A DNA stretch of 62,235 bases, counting the filler, from Nemertoderma westbladi (lineage: Eukaryota > Animalia > Xenacoelomorpha): NCBI GenBank assembly GCA_032718475.1. It is 3 parts of 3 records of this genome, joined end to end, with 100 filler letters (N's around TTAATTAATTAA, not from the genome) between each part and the next. Parts side by side here need not be neighbours in the genome. Positions count along the whole stretch, not along the records: positions 21,098 to 46,238 come from JAUCBJ010004667.1; positions 46,339 to 62,235 come from JAUCBJ010004004.1; 1 more part is not named here. One strand, 5' to 3'. Shown here in pieces: positions 39,251 to 51,547 of this stretch (position 1 is the first letter of the stretch; the number at the start of each line of letters is the position of its first letter). A program made the translations under genes and the position numbers. The notes under the pieces are model-generated. The model was not told the origin of the DNA, did not search any database, and saw only the letters and a list, made by a program, of their open reading frames with translations.

Positions 39251-39791
39251 GTAAGTTGTAAACAATAAAATAATCACTAAACAGATTTAAACTAGGTTTA
39301 TCTAGGAGAGTTTGTTTGGGCAGGCTATTTATATCTATACATAACTTTACGACGTTGATTTGATACTAGCGGGGAAAGAAAAGCATAATTTATAATTTTT
39401 TTTAGAATCTATAATAAATTAATGTAAACTTTTACTACTAACTATAATATGTCAAGCGAACTCCGTATATGTAAACTTACTCCAAAGTGAGACATCCCGT
39501 AAGCGGACCGGATTAACTATTTATCCCTATGAACTTTTATTTCTCTCGATATATAGAGCTCATTATTATATCTCTATAGAATATTCTAGTTGGCATTCTA
39601 GAAACTAAACCTCCTTCTAAAACCTGCCAACTCGTGTAAAACTCAACCACTCGGACAGAATAGTTGAATTTCGCTAAACTGAAAATTAATTAAAAAATTT
39701 TATTTTTCATTTGCTTTTTTTTATCGAATAATAGTATTAGTTTCTAGTTTTAGACTAAATTTAAATCTATTTTATTTTCCTTTATTTTCAG

Positions 39792-39961
39792 CAAACCAGC
39801 GCCCCCTCCACCAGGGTTCGCGGCCCATCACCCTACGTCATCACTGAGCTTCTTTACGCCATCTAGTAATCCACCAGCGAATCCTGATATTTCAAAAGAT
39901 ATTTCGTCGCTGTCCTTTGGTGGCCCCTCACAACAACTGGCATCAGACACAGTTTCAACAC
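39792..39961 (+). CDS. UBAP2: UBAP2 exon 9 (last visible; gene continues)
   Basis: TTTTCAG|C, phase 2; KPAPPPPGF...ISSLSFGG; C|GTAAGA, phase 1, no stop. Confidence 0.72.
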
Positions 39962-40114
39962 GTAAGAACCTATAATGCAAACATTATTTTAATTTTATGA
40001 AGCATTTTTAATTAAGGGCACCTGTTTATCAATACAGGTATATTATAAACACTACACAGTATCAATACTTATATAGCCTACCTCTACTGAGGACTACCAA
40101 TCTTACACAAAACA

Positions 40115-40171
40115 AACTCGGTACCTATAGATTCCAAGTCCTACGCTCTGCCAACTGATCCACTCCGCGCC
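40115..40171 (-). mobile_element. tRNA-like SINE head fragment
   Basis: Minus strand GGCGCGGAGTGGATCAGTTGGCAGAGCGTAGGACTTGGAATCTA looks like a D arm and anticodon arm; T arm absent. Confidence 0.5.
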
Positions 40172-41339
40172 GTTTGAAGCCTTGAAACCAAAACCCAAAC
40201 GTGCAAATTAATAACAACACTGACGTTGTTTGGCAATACACCCTATCTCGACATTTTCCAAAAAAAATTATTTGACCAATTGGGGTAACTTGACACGCCC
40301 CTTTCAATGAACTTACGAAAAAGGGAGTGTTCCTTTGACGAAATCTGACTTTTTAAATGTTGAAACTCCCCATGGCAGCATCTTAAATCAACAGCTGCGA
40401 GGCAAAACACCCCATAGCTAAATTTGGCCAAATAGGGTGCTTTGCGTTGTTATTTGTGTTGACAAAATAACCCTATCCTTGAGTTGGGGTTTTTTGCATT
40501 GTGCTTTTCTTTTAAACCAATCATTTATTACATGAATTAACCAATCAGAAGATGTAATAATATCCTTTATAGTTTAATAATGTTTATACTACTCTGTGCG
40601 GCGGGAAATTATTTTTGTTTTTTTTTGAAATATTTATGAAATATTTTAGGATTGATTTTTGTTCGGGAATTTACTCTCTAAAACAACTTTAAGTGTCTAT
40701 CACTGTAAAGTTTTAAGGGGAAATGCGATATGGCTTTTGACAATTACTAGAAATCAGATAGTGGAATTGACATTGACATTGATCCCAAGTGAAATAAAGT
40801 CTCGTTTATTGTTTTCGTTAGAAAACACCGCCACTGTAACCTGCTCCTTTCCATTAAAGTTAAATACTGAATTAATTTTTCAAACTCACTCAACACACAT
40901 TTGGTGTTTGCGGTCATTTTGCGCCAATGATTCCGAGATGAAGATAATCAGGATACGTTTTTTGGATTCGTTATTCCAACATAAGGTGAAAAAGGGAACT
41001 GGGTCTCGGATGGGTGGGGTGGAATACCGGCACCGATTGGGCGACAAAATAGAGTTCCTATAGAGAGAATTCAAGAACTAATTCGACGTCTAGAACCAAT
41101 AATGCCTAACATCGTATTGGCGTTCTGGAACGCGTTACTTATTGTAAATGTAAATTGTAAACCAATCATTTCTATAATATTTTAGTTAAGAAAGCGTAAT
41201 TAATTAAACCTAATAAAATTAATTAATTAATTAAATTAAATTAATTAAAAGCTTAATTAAAAGTTATTTTAAATTGCTTTTAATGATAATATTATTATGT
41301 CATAGCTGTTAGCCTAATTTTAAGTGAAACATAATTATT

Positions 41340-41800
41340 TATTACATGGGAAAAAAGTAGAACTTTTTTTCATTATTCTCAAGGCATTTTATTTAGCGAG
41401 CGTGAGTGAGGTTAAAAAGGGTCGAGAAAATATTGAAAAAAAATGTTCTACTTTTTTTTCCCATGTAATGCGTAATTTTATTCTTAAATTTGTACTTTTT
41501 GTTGCTTAATTATTTAATAAAACGTACAAAGATATAGTGTTACAAAATAAATTAAGCTATATAGTATTTATACTATATTGCTCCCATAGTTACTGCAATT
41601 CAAATTATTGTACAACTCCTGATGATGCCTTACTCAATGTTAAATAATTTAATGTTCTCGAATATTTATTAAGTAACTAGAGAGCCGCTTAACAACATAA
41701 ACCAATATTGGATATTGAGTTCCGTTTTGGAGTTCGTCTTGCAGACACTAAAGTTGCAATAACTTTTTTGAGTAAGTGAATGGAATTTGTTCAAATTACT
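41340..41800 (+). repeat. Dispersed unclassified repeat, second copy at about 56150-56625
   Basis: Shared CCATAGTTACTGC...GTAACTAGAGAGCCGCTTAACA.CATAAACCAATATTGGATATTGA...GACACTAAAGTTG. Confidence 0.75.
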
Positions 41801-43473
41801 TGGAAACCTTTTCTACGTCGATGTTCTTTCAACACATTTAATAATATTTAAGAATTTCCACCAAAAATATTTTAATTTCTTTTTTCGCCGGGAAAAAAAG
41901 TAATATCAATGCAATTCTATGGGTTGCTTTTTATCCCTAGGGAAAAAAGTGTAACGTTTTCTCCCGATTTTGTGGTAAATTTGAGCGAAAAAGTAACAAT
42001 TTAAGAATAAAATTCCTTTAGTTTTGTTTTTATTTGGGAAGGAATTCATTTTAGTAACATTCATCGTTTTGACTTCTTGTTGACATGGCAATACACCCCA
42101 ACTCCAGCAAGCTCTAAACTAATAATACGTGATATAAAATGCTCTACAAAACATGCTGGCAGAACAAAAAATCACTGTTTAATACTAGTTTCTATGAAAC
42201 CAGAACCATTGGTTAAACTAAACACCCTATCTCCAACAAATCAGCTTACATTGAATGGCAAAACACTCTATAATATTATTTCATCATTTTAATCCCCTTA
42301 TCGTCATCACCGTTATCGTCACCATCTATTCTATTAAAAAATTCTAAATTAGCGTGTTAAATTCCCTTAGAACAAACACCTTAGCAGCAATTTCTCACAA
42401 TGTCTTCAATGTTTAATTAGGGGAAACGCGTTTTGGTTAATTTCTTAAAATATGTTTTTTTGGAATAGGATGTATTTCCAAAAAACGTCAGAACAACAAC
42501 AACAACACCAACAACAACGGAGTGAATACTATAGAGGTCTCGCTTCACGGACCAAAAAATATAATTATCAGATAATGTAATTTAAAGTTTTCAAACCTTT
42601 CGGCGCTTTCGGTTTTTTTTCGGCGCTAAATGTGGCGCCAGCGCCATAGAACATGGCCGTGGCGCCATTGGCAGGAAGCTCGATGGCGCCACCAACGCCA
42701 TCGAGGTTTCTCCGAGATTCGCCATGCATATTCTCTGATACGGTACAGTATCGGAATTAAAAAAATATTTACATAGAAAAATAGATTCCCACAAAGAATC
42801 ATATTGTTTGAGGTGGTGGGATGGGCACATAATTTTAACTTTCAACTAGATAAGTTAACATTAAATTATATATATCTAGTTAATTAAAGTGGTTTTTATT
42901 AACTTGTCACTGCGGATTTAATTAACTACAGTTACAAAAAAATAGTTTACTTTTCAAATAGTTTACGTTGATTTGAATTAAATTTACAAGAATTGCATTT
43001 GAAACGTACAGTAACCTATACGTTTATTTATATGTAACATAAATTTGAACTGGATAAAGTATGAAAAGAACTCATTTGTAAGGTTTTGAATTCTCACATA
43101 TTTTAGGTATACCGGAAGGTTACCATGATGTTGAGCAATTCTAGTCCTTTTCATTCATTTAAATTATATTAATTGACCTCTTTTTCAGTTGTTTCTAGCC
43201 TAACAATTTTTTCACGCGCCAACCCTGTCGTAAAAAATTCATGTGAGGTGAAATTTTATTACATGTTCAACAAGTATATTTTATACTAATTTGTCAAATA
43301 ATTATTCAAAATTTATACACATTTAGGTGGTGTCTTTCTGTATCTCCAAAGATTCAACAAAGAGAAAATAGATTCAGAAAATAATTTAATAAATAGAAAA
43401 TATATTTATTTTGATGATATTTAAAAAATACACCGTGTAAGTAGACCTAAATCTCTTTCATCTACAGTATGGA

Positions 43474-44670
43474 TTAGAGGAGTACGGGGCTATCTTTATG
43501 TTTTTTCCTATGTTTTGTTAGGCTGGCTTTATTTGCAAAGCAATGCCTACAGCTTTCGCATTCAAATAACGGCCTATCTTCCAAATGTAATTTTTCGTGA
43601 TCTTTCTTATCTGATTTTCGTACAAATCCTCTCTTACAATAATCGCATTTGTGCGATTCCAAATGACTTGTTTTATGTTCCGTTAGAGTGAAGGCCGTTG
43701 CAAAGGACAACCCGCAAGTCTCACATTCGTATGGTCGCGTATGGGTAGCTATGTGCCTTGTTAGTTCAAATTTTCGTTTAAATCCCTTATTACAAGTCTC
43801 ACATACGTATGGTCGTTCTACTGTATGTGAAATTCTGTGCTTTGTTAGTTCACATTTTCGTTTATATACATTATCACAAGTCTCACATTCGTATGACCGC
43901 ACCACTGTATGTGTATTATTTATGTGCTTTGTTAGGTAAATTTCTCGTGTATATCTCTTATTACAAGTCTCACATTCGTATGACCGAACCACTGTATGTG
44001 TAATATTTATGTGCTTTGTTAGTTCCCATTTTCGTTTATATCCCTTATTACAAGTCTTACAAACAAACTTATTGTCTTTAGGGTTGTCGTTAGGATTCAT
44101 ACAAGAACCAGTTGCTGATCCAATAATTTGATTTGTTGTACTCGAACCACTCTGTAAACTGTCAACTCCCATTTGTTGTTGATCTGGGTAAACAACACCG
44201 GAAGTCAAATAATTTATATCAATTCCCGGTAATCCCTGTTGTCGGAATACCGATGGCATACTAAGGGGGATATCTGGATGCTCATTGGTGGATGGCTTAT
44301 CTTCTCTCAGAGCCTCATAAGCATTTAGTTTTGGTAGTAGTTGTGTTAAATTGAAATTATTACCAAATTCTCCAGGTTCAACAACAACCAAACTGTCATT
44401 ATTACCCCTTGCTAATCCATAATGCAAAACGGAACCACTATGTAATCCGTCTCTACCCATTGGTACCCCATAAACCACAGCGGAACCACTTTGTAATCCG
44501 TCATTTATTGGAGGGAAAAGGAGTGATTGTTGTGATTCCAACCTGCGGGAGTTATTCTGTGTATTTTGTTGTGGTATTGGTTCTGTGTAAGATGTGGATG
44601 CGGAAGGACTAAATATATCAAACCCACTAAGGTCAATATCATCCTCCTCCACATCCAATATTGAATTCAT
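43474..44670 (-). CDS. Intronless C2H2 zinc-finger protein, 398 aa, 7 fingers
   Basis: Seven CxxC-x12-Hx3-4H units with TVERPY-type linkers; acidic N-terminus; uninterrupted ATG-to-stop ORF. Confidence 0.9.
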   Translation of the reverse strand: MNSILDVEEDDIDLSGFDIFSPSASTSYTEPIPQQNTQNNSRRLESQQSLLFPPINDGLQSGSAVVYGVPMGRDGLHSGSVLHYGLARGNNDSLVVVEPGEFGNNFNLTQLLPKLNAYEALREDKPSTNEHPDIPLSMPSVFRQQGLPGIDINYLTSGVVYPDQQQMGVDSLQSGSSTTNQIIGSATGSCMNPNDNPKDNKFVCKTCNKGYKRKWELTKHINITHTVVRSYECETCNKRYTREIYLTKHINNTHTVVRSYECETCDNVYKRKCELTKHRISHTVERPYVCETCNKGFKRKFELTRHIATHTRPYECETCGLSFATAFTLTEHKTSHLESHKCDYCKRGFVRKSDKKDHEKLHLEDRPLFECESCRHCFANKASLTKHRKKHKDSPVLL

Positions 44671-46238
44671 GTTTTAAAGACGATTACTTTCTACAAGCTT
44701 TATAGTATTCAGAATCGCTACCTATTATTATAATATACACACCATAATATAATTAAGTAATGTGTAAAAGGCCTGCCTTGTAGACCTAGTTTGCACTATT
44801 CCTCGTTTCTTTTTTATTGTTTATTTGAACAAATATAACTACACATCAGTACCTATGAGCTGAATCTACAAGACCTATAATATAATAACGATAAAGGATG
44901 TCCATACTGCATCACTCTAATGTATAAGAATGATTAAGGTAATTGTTGTTAGTTATATTACATAACGTACATGACGCAAACTAATAAACACTGGGTGTTC
45001 TAAAAATATAAATAAAATGTTCCAGAATATGTTGTCTGCGACGATATAAAGCAATGGAAGTGCTGTACGACACTAGTATTCCAGGCATGGTTAGTGTTAG
45101 GCCGGAAGGTACTTAAAGAGCAACACGACCAAACATAGTCGAAACACATCCGAACACACTCCAAAAACTACCGAACACAGTCGGAAATAGAAAGAGCACA
45201 AAAAAATAACACCGGTTATTCCCCATTACAAACTGTTTAAAATAACAATACAATGGTGGGCTATGTAAAAAAATATCCGAATTCGCCCTAGGGAAAATAA
45301 CCAGTTATTAATCCCATCCCGCTTTTGGTAGCATAGTTACATCCAATCAATTAGAATATAATAATAAAATTTAAAATATTCGCATATTAATAGGTTCCAT
45401 CCACTAGCTACCATGGTTACAATTCACAGCCACTTTGATTAGAACTTAAGGCAGCAAAAGTAATGTACAGAGGCGCATACGTGGAAGAGGTATTGTAAAT
45501 CTGGAACTGATTTTAAAGATTGAGACCTGATAATATGAGCAGAGTTCTAGAAATTCACATTTGCTGCAAATCCTTCAATGATAAAATGTCCCTTTGATAT
45601 TCAAGCAACTAAATTTACGGTAGCTATGTTTTAGGTAAGCATACTGTAGCTATTATTTTCGACACTGGTTCCGTTCTCTTACTTTCCCGTACAAATTTTT
45701 TTATCGTAGCACTTGTTAATTTTTATATATAATTTCAATTTATTATACTGTGGTTCCTTTTAAAAAATATTATTCTAGAAGGAATACCGTTTTGACTAGA
45801 GGTCTGTATAGCACTACATTTTTAAAACATATATCATTGTTACATGGCAACGTTGAAGAGTTGTAGAACAAATGAAAATAATTATATACTATTCTAAACC
45901 ATAAATAAAATACAATATTATTACGTTCTAGAACATATAGCTAGTTTATTTTTAATTTTAAAATAGCTAGTAAATAAAAAAAAAGTATTTAAATGAATTT
46001 CTGAATACATTTAAATGAATATTGAAAATTGTTATATTTCTAACATATACCGTTAGCTATTTTTTTTAATTAAAATACCTAGTAAATCAAAAAATTTATT
46101 TTTAAATCAATTTCTGAATAGGCCTACATTTAAATGAAAATTGAAAATTTCCAAAGCACCAAACATTAATAAAACAATTTTTATATTTTTTTAAATTACA
46201 AGCTAATTAAAAATTGATAAATAACTAGCTATATGTAC

Positions 46239-46338
46239 NNNNNNNNNNNNNNNNNNNNNNNNNNNNNNNNNNNNNNNNNNNNTTAATTAATTAANNNNNN
46301 NNNNNNNNNNNNNNNNNNNNNNNNNNNNNNNNNNNNNN
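46239..46338. other. Assembly linker: 44 N + TTAATTAATTAA + 44 N
   Basis: Same artificial 100-bp structure as 20998-21097. Confidence 0.97.
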
Positions 46339-47595
46339 AATGATATGATTACTATAAATGGCTGTTTAGTCCTCTCTGCGTAGGAAAAAAATGAAAAAAA
46401 CAAGTAACCAGCACTTTTCAGTTAGAAAACAAAATTTTTAATTCACTTATACGATGCTATAAATTCACATTTCAGGTTTTCAAGGCGCTGATTCTAATGG
46501 AATGCATTTCTAATATGCCAGATCATTGCTACTTGTATTTTTCGGCGTAATTTGGCAAATTTTGGTGCTAGCACCAAATTTCGTACCCATCACCAAAAAG
46601 TACAAGTTTGCGATGTCCAGTGCTGTTTTTCTTGATTCCATCGGATTCAGGACCCTCATAAACCCGTATAACGCAAGAAACAAGGTGATACTATCTACTT
46701 ATCAATTTGCATATTTTCCAAGATTTGGTGCTGGCACAACAATTTTCACCCACCGGCGAAAAATACAAGATTGAGAACTCTTATGAAATTTTTACTGATT
46801 CCATTGAATTCAGAACCATCACAAACCCGTATAACGCAAGAAACAAGGTGACACAATTTGATATATTTGATGGTTTTCAAAATTTGGTGCTAGCACCACA
46901 TTTTGCACCCACATCCGAAAAATACAAGTTTGAGATGTCTAGTTCGATATTTATATATTCCATTGAATTCAGAACAGCCATAAACCTCTAAAACGCAAGA
47001 AATAAATTGTCAAAAGCACTTTTATCTATTGAATGGATTTTCAAAATTTCGTGCTAGCACCAAAATTTGCACACAGCACCGAAAAATACAAGTTTGATAC
47101 GCTTGGTGCAACTCGTATATATTTCATCGAATCCAGAAACCCAAAAAACCCCAATTGCGTAAAAAATAAGTTTCAAACGATCAATTTAAAAAATTGACTT
47201 ATTTCAAAATTTGGTGCTGGCACCAAAATTTGGCACCCACCGAAAAAAACAAGTTTGAAATTTCTAAATCAATTTATATGAATTCCATCAAATTTCTAAC
47301 ACCAAAAAACCGGTGTAAATCAAAAATAGAGATGTTACAATTCATATTTAATGAAATGTAATTTTCAAAAAACGTCTCAAAAAAAGTGCCAAAAGTACGG
47401 TTAAAAAATGGTGCTATAACTCGAAAAGTACCCAATATTTTTGAAAACGGTTTTCACTACTAGGAAGACAATAGATTTTTAGGAAAAGTCATAAAATCTC
47501 AGATTCCCAACTGCGTTTGTTTCAGAATTATAACAAAATAACCATGGGGGGGGGGGGTCATATTGACCCCCCCCCCCCCCCCGGATTTAATAGGG
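46339..47595. mobile_element. piggyBac-like non-autonomous element (right part) with five internal repeats of about 163 bp
   Basis: Ends AGGG|TTAA at 47592-47599; subterminal Gn-TCATATTGA-Cn palindrome; repeated TTTGGTGCTAGCACCA palindromic cores at about 46560, 46725, 46883, 47047, 47210. Confidence 0.65.
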
Positions 47596-49042
47596 TTAAA
47601 GCTCATCTATCCCATCATAGTAGACATGTACCGAACAACAAGAGTCCCACAAGAAATGAAAACAAATAAGTAGGTTCCAGTTCCCAAGAAGGGCAACCTA
47701 ACACTCTATGGTTCTTTTTGGGGAATCTCATTGATGTCGATTGCTGCCAAGCTATACAATAGAATTCTATTAAATCGCGTCAGGGATCCCATTGAGAGAC
47801 TGCTCCGTGGAAATCAGAATGGGTTCCGTAAAGGTCGTGGGACCATGGAGCCCATTTTGGCACTTAGAAGGATAATTGAAAGTTATCAAAAAAGAAAGAC
47901 AGGCATCTGGCTGTTATCTTTGTTGACTTCTTCAAGGCCTTTGATTCAGTCTCTCGCACACGTATGTTCAGCATACTTTCATTATATGGGATTCCTGATG
48001 AAATTATTGCAGCAATCAGATCAGTATACGATGGTTCGACAACATTTGTGTCTACTGTTGACGGTGACACAGAACCATTTGAAGTGTTATGGGGCGTGTT
48101 CTATGTTCTACGCATGTCCTTAGATCATCATAATGATGATGGGGTGATGATAACTCCACCTACCGGCTCCAGAAGTCGAGAAAATCCTGCCAAGTACCTA
48201 ACTGATCTAGACTTTGCTGATGACTTAGGAGTACTCTCAGAATCACTAGAGGGAGCCCAACTGCTCCTCAGCTCATTAGAACATGCTGCTTCTAGTGTTG
48301 GTCTTTTTATTAACTCCAGAAAGACCAAAATTTTGACTGTTAACTTTGAAAGTCCTCAGCAAGTCTCTGATCGGATGAGCATAAGCTCAAAAGATGGTAT
48401 GCTTGAGCATGTGGACGACTTCTGTTACCTGGGATCATGGATCCGGAAGTCAGGTGAGGACCTTCAAATATGTAAGGGAAAGGCATGGGCAGCATAGGCT
48501 TTCCAGGATTTGGAAGTCACCGAGAATTAATCGGAAACTTAAGGTCCGATTATTTAGAGCAGCAGTAGTTCCAGTACTCCTCTATGGGAGTCCATGCTGG
48601 GCTCTAACTGCTGAGGACACCAAATCTCTGGATGGCACATTCACAAGAATGCTACGCCGGGTTCATTGTGTCAAGTACAATGCACACATCTCCAACCAGA
48701 CACTATATAACATTGGAGGTGTCTCATTGGTTCCCCCAAGCTTGACACTAGAACAAAATCGCCTCCGCTTTGCAGGACATTGCTTTCGCCGTGAGGACCA
48801 GCCAGTGCATAATCTTGTACTTTGGCAGCCTCATGGAGTGAATAAGCATGGTGGACAGCCCATGACTTTCTTGAGACGCATCTTAAAGGACACTGGCCTT
48901 GGAGATGCGGATGATCTAGCAAATGTCATGGGTGATAGGTAGTTGTGGCGGTGCAATTTTGTCGAAAAGCCGGCACTGCATTCTTAAAAATGCAGCTGCA
49001 ATGCAGCATGCCGATCCTAGTAGTAGTAGTAGTAGTAGTAGT
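47596..49042 (+). mobile_element. RTE family A, RT and 3' end, (TAG)n tail
   Basis: Highly similar to the reverse complement of 318-1750; DFADD intact; several frameshifts; tail at 49018-49042. Confidence 0.94.
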
Positions 49043-49860
49043 CTAGTGACTTGCCTCAGATTCACCAATGGCTTTGTTGGTCGGGGTGGAACATGAGAGT
49101 AGCCTCCAACTCCAGAATGCCTCTCCCCCTCACAATCTAGCCTCCCTGGTGACCCAGGGTTTGGGCCAGAAAGGTCATCAAGAAAGGGACTCAAATAATT
49201 GTTTACCGCTCTCTCTCCAGTAGGGGGTGAGACAGGCAGCCGGTCAGGAGATAACTGACGCCTGCGAGGCCGATTGTGTCCAGTCATTCCACTGGCCTCT
49301 AGTGGCTGGACCTCCGCATTACTAATGTAATCCATAGTGGGGGTTGGGGGGTGCTTTTTTGCCGAGTCAGCTCTCGGGGCAAATACCACACCCTGGTTTG
49401 CCATTCCACAGGGTGGGTGTCGCAGTGAAGTCAGATATGAGGCCCATCACCCATATCTACTCTGGCGCACATGACCCACCATTGGCTGTGCAGCTCATCT
49501 GCTGGGTCATGCCCTGTACCCCTGCTGCCAGGTGCAGGTCGCAGTGAAGTGCACTCAGAGTGGACATGAGAACACTCTACTCCTGACCAGCCATTGGTAG
49601 ATCACCATCTGCCTGGACAGGCCATATACCCCTGCAGCCAAGTATATGGGTCCTTAATCCAGGACCAAGGGCGTCCTTATCCCAGAACGAAGGGAGTCCT
49701 AGTTACAGGACCAGATTTGCCCTAGTAAGAGGGTCTATGCAGCTACAGGTGGCACCTCCTTTATGCTACATGGAGGTGGCAAGTTTTCTTGATCAATGAC
49801 CTAGAATACCTGACCTGACCCTGCCCAAACAGATAGGCAGGCCTAAAGTATAAAGTTGGT
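49043..49860 (-). mobile_element. RTE family A 5' end (5'UTR and pre-APE N-terminal extension)
   Basis: Homologous to 36053-36562 and extends about 300 bp further 5'; exact 5' boundary uncertain. Confidence 0.75.
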
Positions 49861-50679
49861 GCCTGAATGTAGTACCGATAATACTGTAGTACAGCAGTTA
49901 ACTACACCTTAACAGCACAGACAACATCGTAAATGGTCATAATGCAATAATGCATAATGTAATGTAATACATAATGCAATGGTAATCGTAATGCGTGTAT
50001 GGCCTTTCTACTGCAAAGTATATCCTCCTGTATTTTCGATAATGGTTGTGTTGCATGTCTTAAATGCTTTATGCCTTGAGTGAGATCTGAGATCAGAGAT
50101 CTTAATTAAGAGGGTCAATGTGAGTAGTGAGTTGAAAAACAGTCAATATACTGCTGATCATAGTGTGAGTGAGGCGAATGTTAAATATGTGTTGGACAAA
50201 CTATCCAAGTTGGATGGTACGATAAGCTACCAGTGATTGCAGTGGTGAGTTTAGATGCTCTATCCTCGGCCTTGCCTACCTTCCTGCTGACAAAATATTT
50301 ATGGCGACATCCGGCAGGTGGAGCAGTCTGACAGTACAGTGTTTCAATTCTTGATTGCAAGATCCGAAGTATGGATACAAATATCAAAGTACAGATGAAG
50401 GTAAAATGGAGATGACGTTTATGTCAGAGATTTTAAAGGTGGGACTTAAAAATTAGAATCACTACCATTATGCCTAATGGTACCGGCTAAGCAGTTTTCA
50501 GATTTGAAATCCTCATTAAATTCTGCTCTAGATTAAATAAAGAAACAACAATTTGAAAATTTCTAAGGGGGGTATAACAACCCCCCCCCCCCCCCCCCCC
50601 CCTTAAGTAAAGTAAATGAAAAGTAAATGGGCTTTGGCTGTTAGGCAAGGGATTAATCATAAAGTCTGATGACTTATTT

Positions 50680-50898
50680 CCAGTGCGGTCTCCCCAGCCA
50701 GATCAATACTCCCCAGATGAAACTCCAGTACCTTTTTATTTTTTTAGCTTCTATTTAAAGATGCAACGCAGTGATGCGCACGGGCTAGTCTCTTCAAAGC
50801 GAACGAAACGAAAATGTCCTCGACCTTTGCTGGGATTGAACCCACGATCTCCGAGAGATGTGAATACAATGCTACCTCTGCACCAATAATGTGGGCCA
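50680..50898 (-). mobile_element. Degenerate tRNA-headed SINE
   Basis: Minus strand TGGTGCAGAGGTAGCA...GTGGGTTCAATCCC gives A/B-box-like motifs followed by a GC-rich body. Confidence 0.45.
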
Positions 50899-51049
50899 TG
50901 TCAGCAGCCATACTACAGTAACAACACAACTACCGATGATGGTGCTGGTAATGTGGGACTGAGGCCCACAACCGCAGTACTTGTACTGTACTTCAGAATA
51001 AGTTGGGGAAACTGTAAACCAGATAGACAGATGGTATTTTTGCAGCAAA

Positions 51050-51320
51050 AATGTTAACATATTGATTCAATATGTTGCTAACATATTGATTCTATATGTT
51101 GCTTTCCATATTGTTTTAATATTATGTTTGCTAACATCTCAACATATTTGATTAAATTTGCGAATATTAATTCAATATGTGCGAACATTGATTCAATATG
51201 TGAGAATATTGATTTCATATGTGCGAATATTTGATTTAATATGTTGCCAACATATCATATTGATTCAATATTTGTGAACAGTCATTCAATATGTTTGTAT
51301 ATTGAATCAATAATTAGTTG
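51050..51320. repeat. Degenerate 20-bp ATATTGATTCAATATGT quasi-palindromic array
   Basis: Repeated ATTGATTCAATATG variants. Confidence 0.75.
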
Positions 51321-51547
51321 CACAATTGAATTTCTGTTAATTATTTAATAATCAATAATTATTTAATTACGAATAATTTTGCACGATCATGTAATATTAT
51401 TGATATTACTCGCGATATTAATATTAAAGAATAATATACTGATATTGAAGAGTAAATATTGGATTTTGAGCCTAATCGGATGCCATTAATTTCACATGTT
51501 TTATCATTATTCTAAACTTTACAAACTTCCAGCTTCACCACTACATT

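Noticed and set aside
50180-50400. GC-richer stretch ending GAAG|GTAAAA as a possible further UBAP2 exon
   Set aside because: The frames checked contain stops and show no resemblance to the UBAP2 C-terminus.
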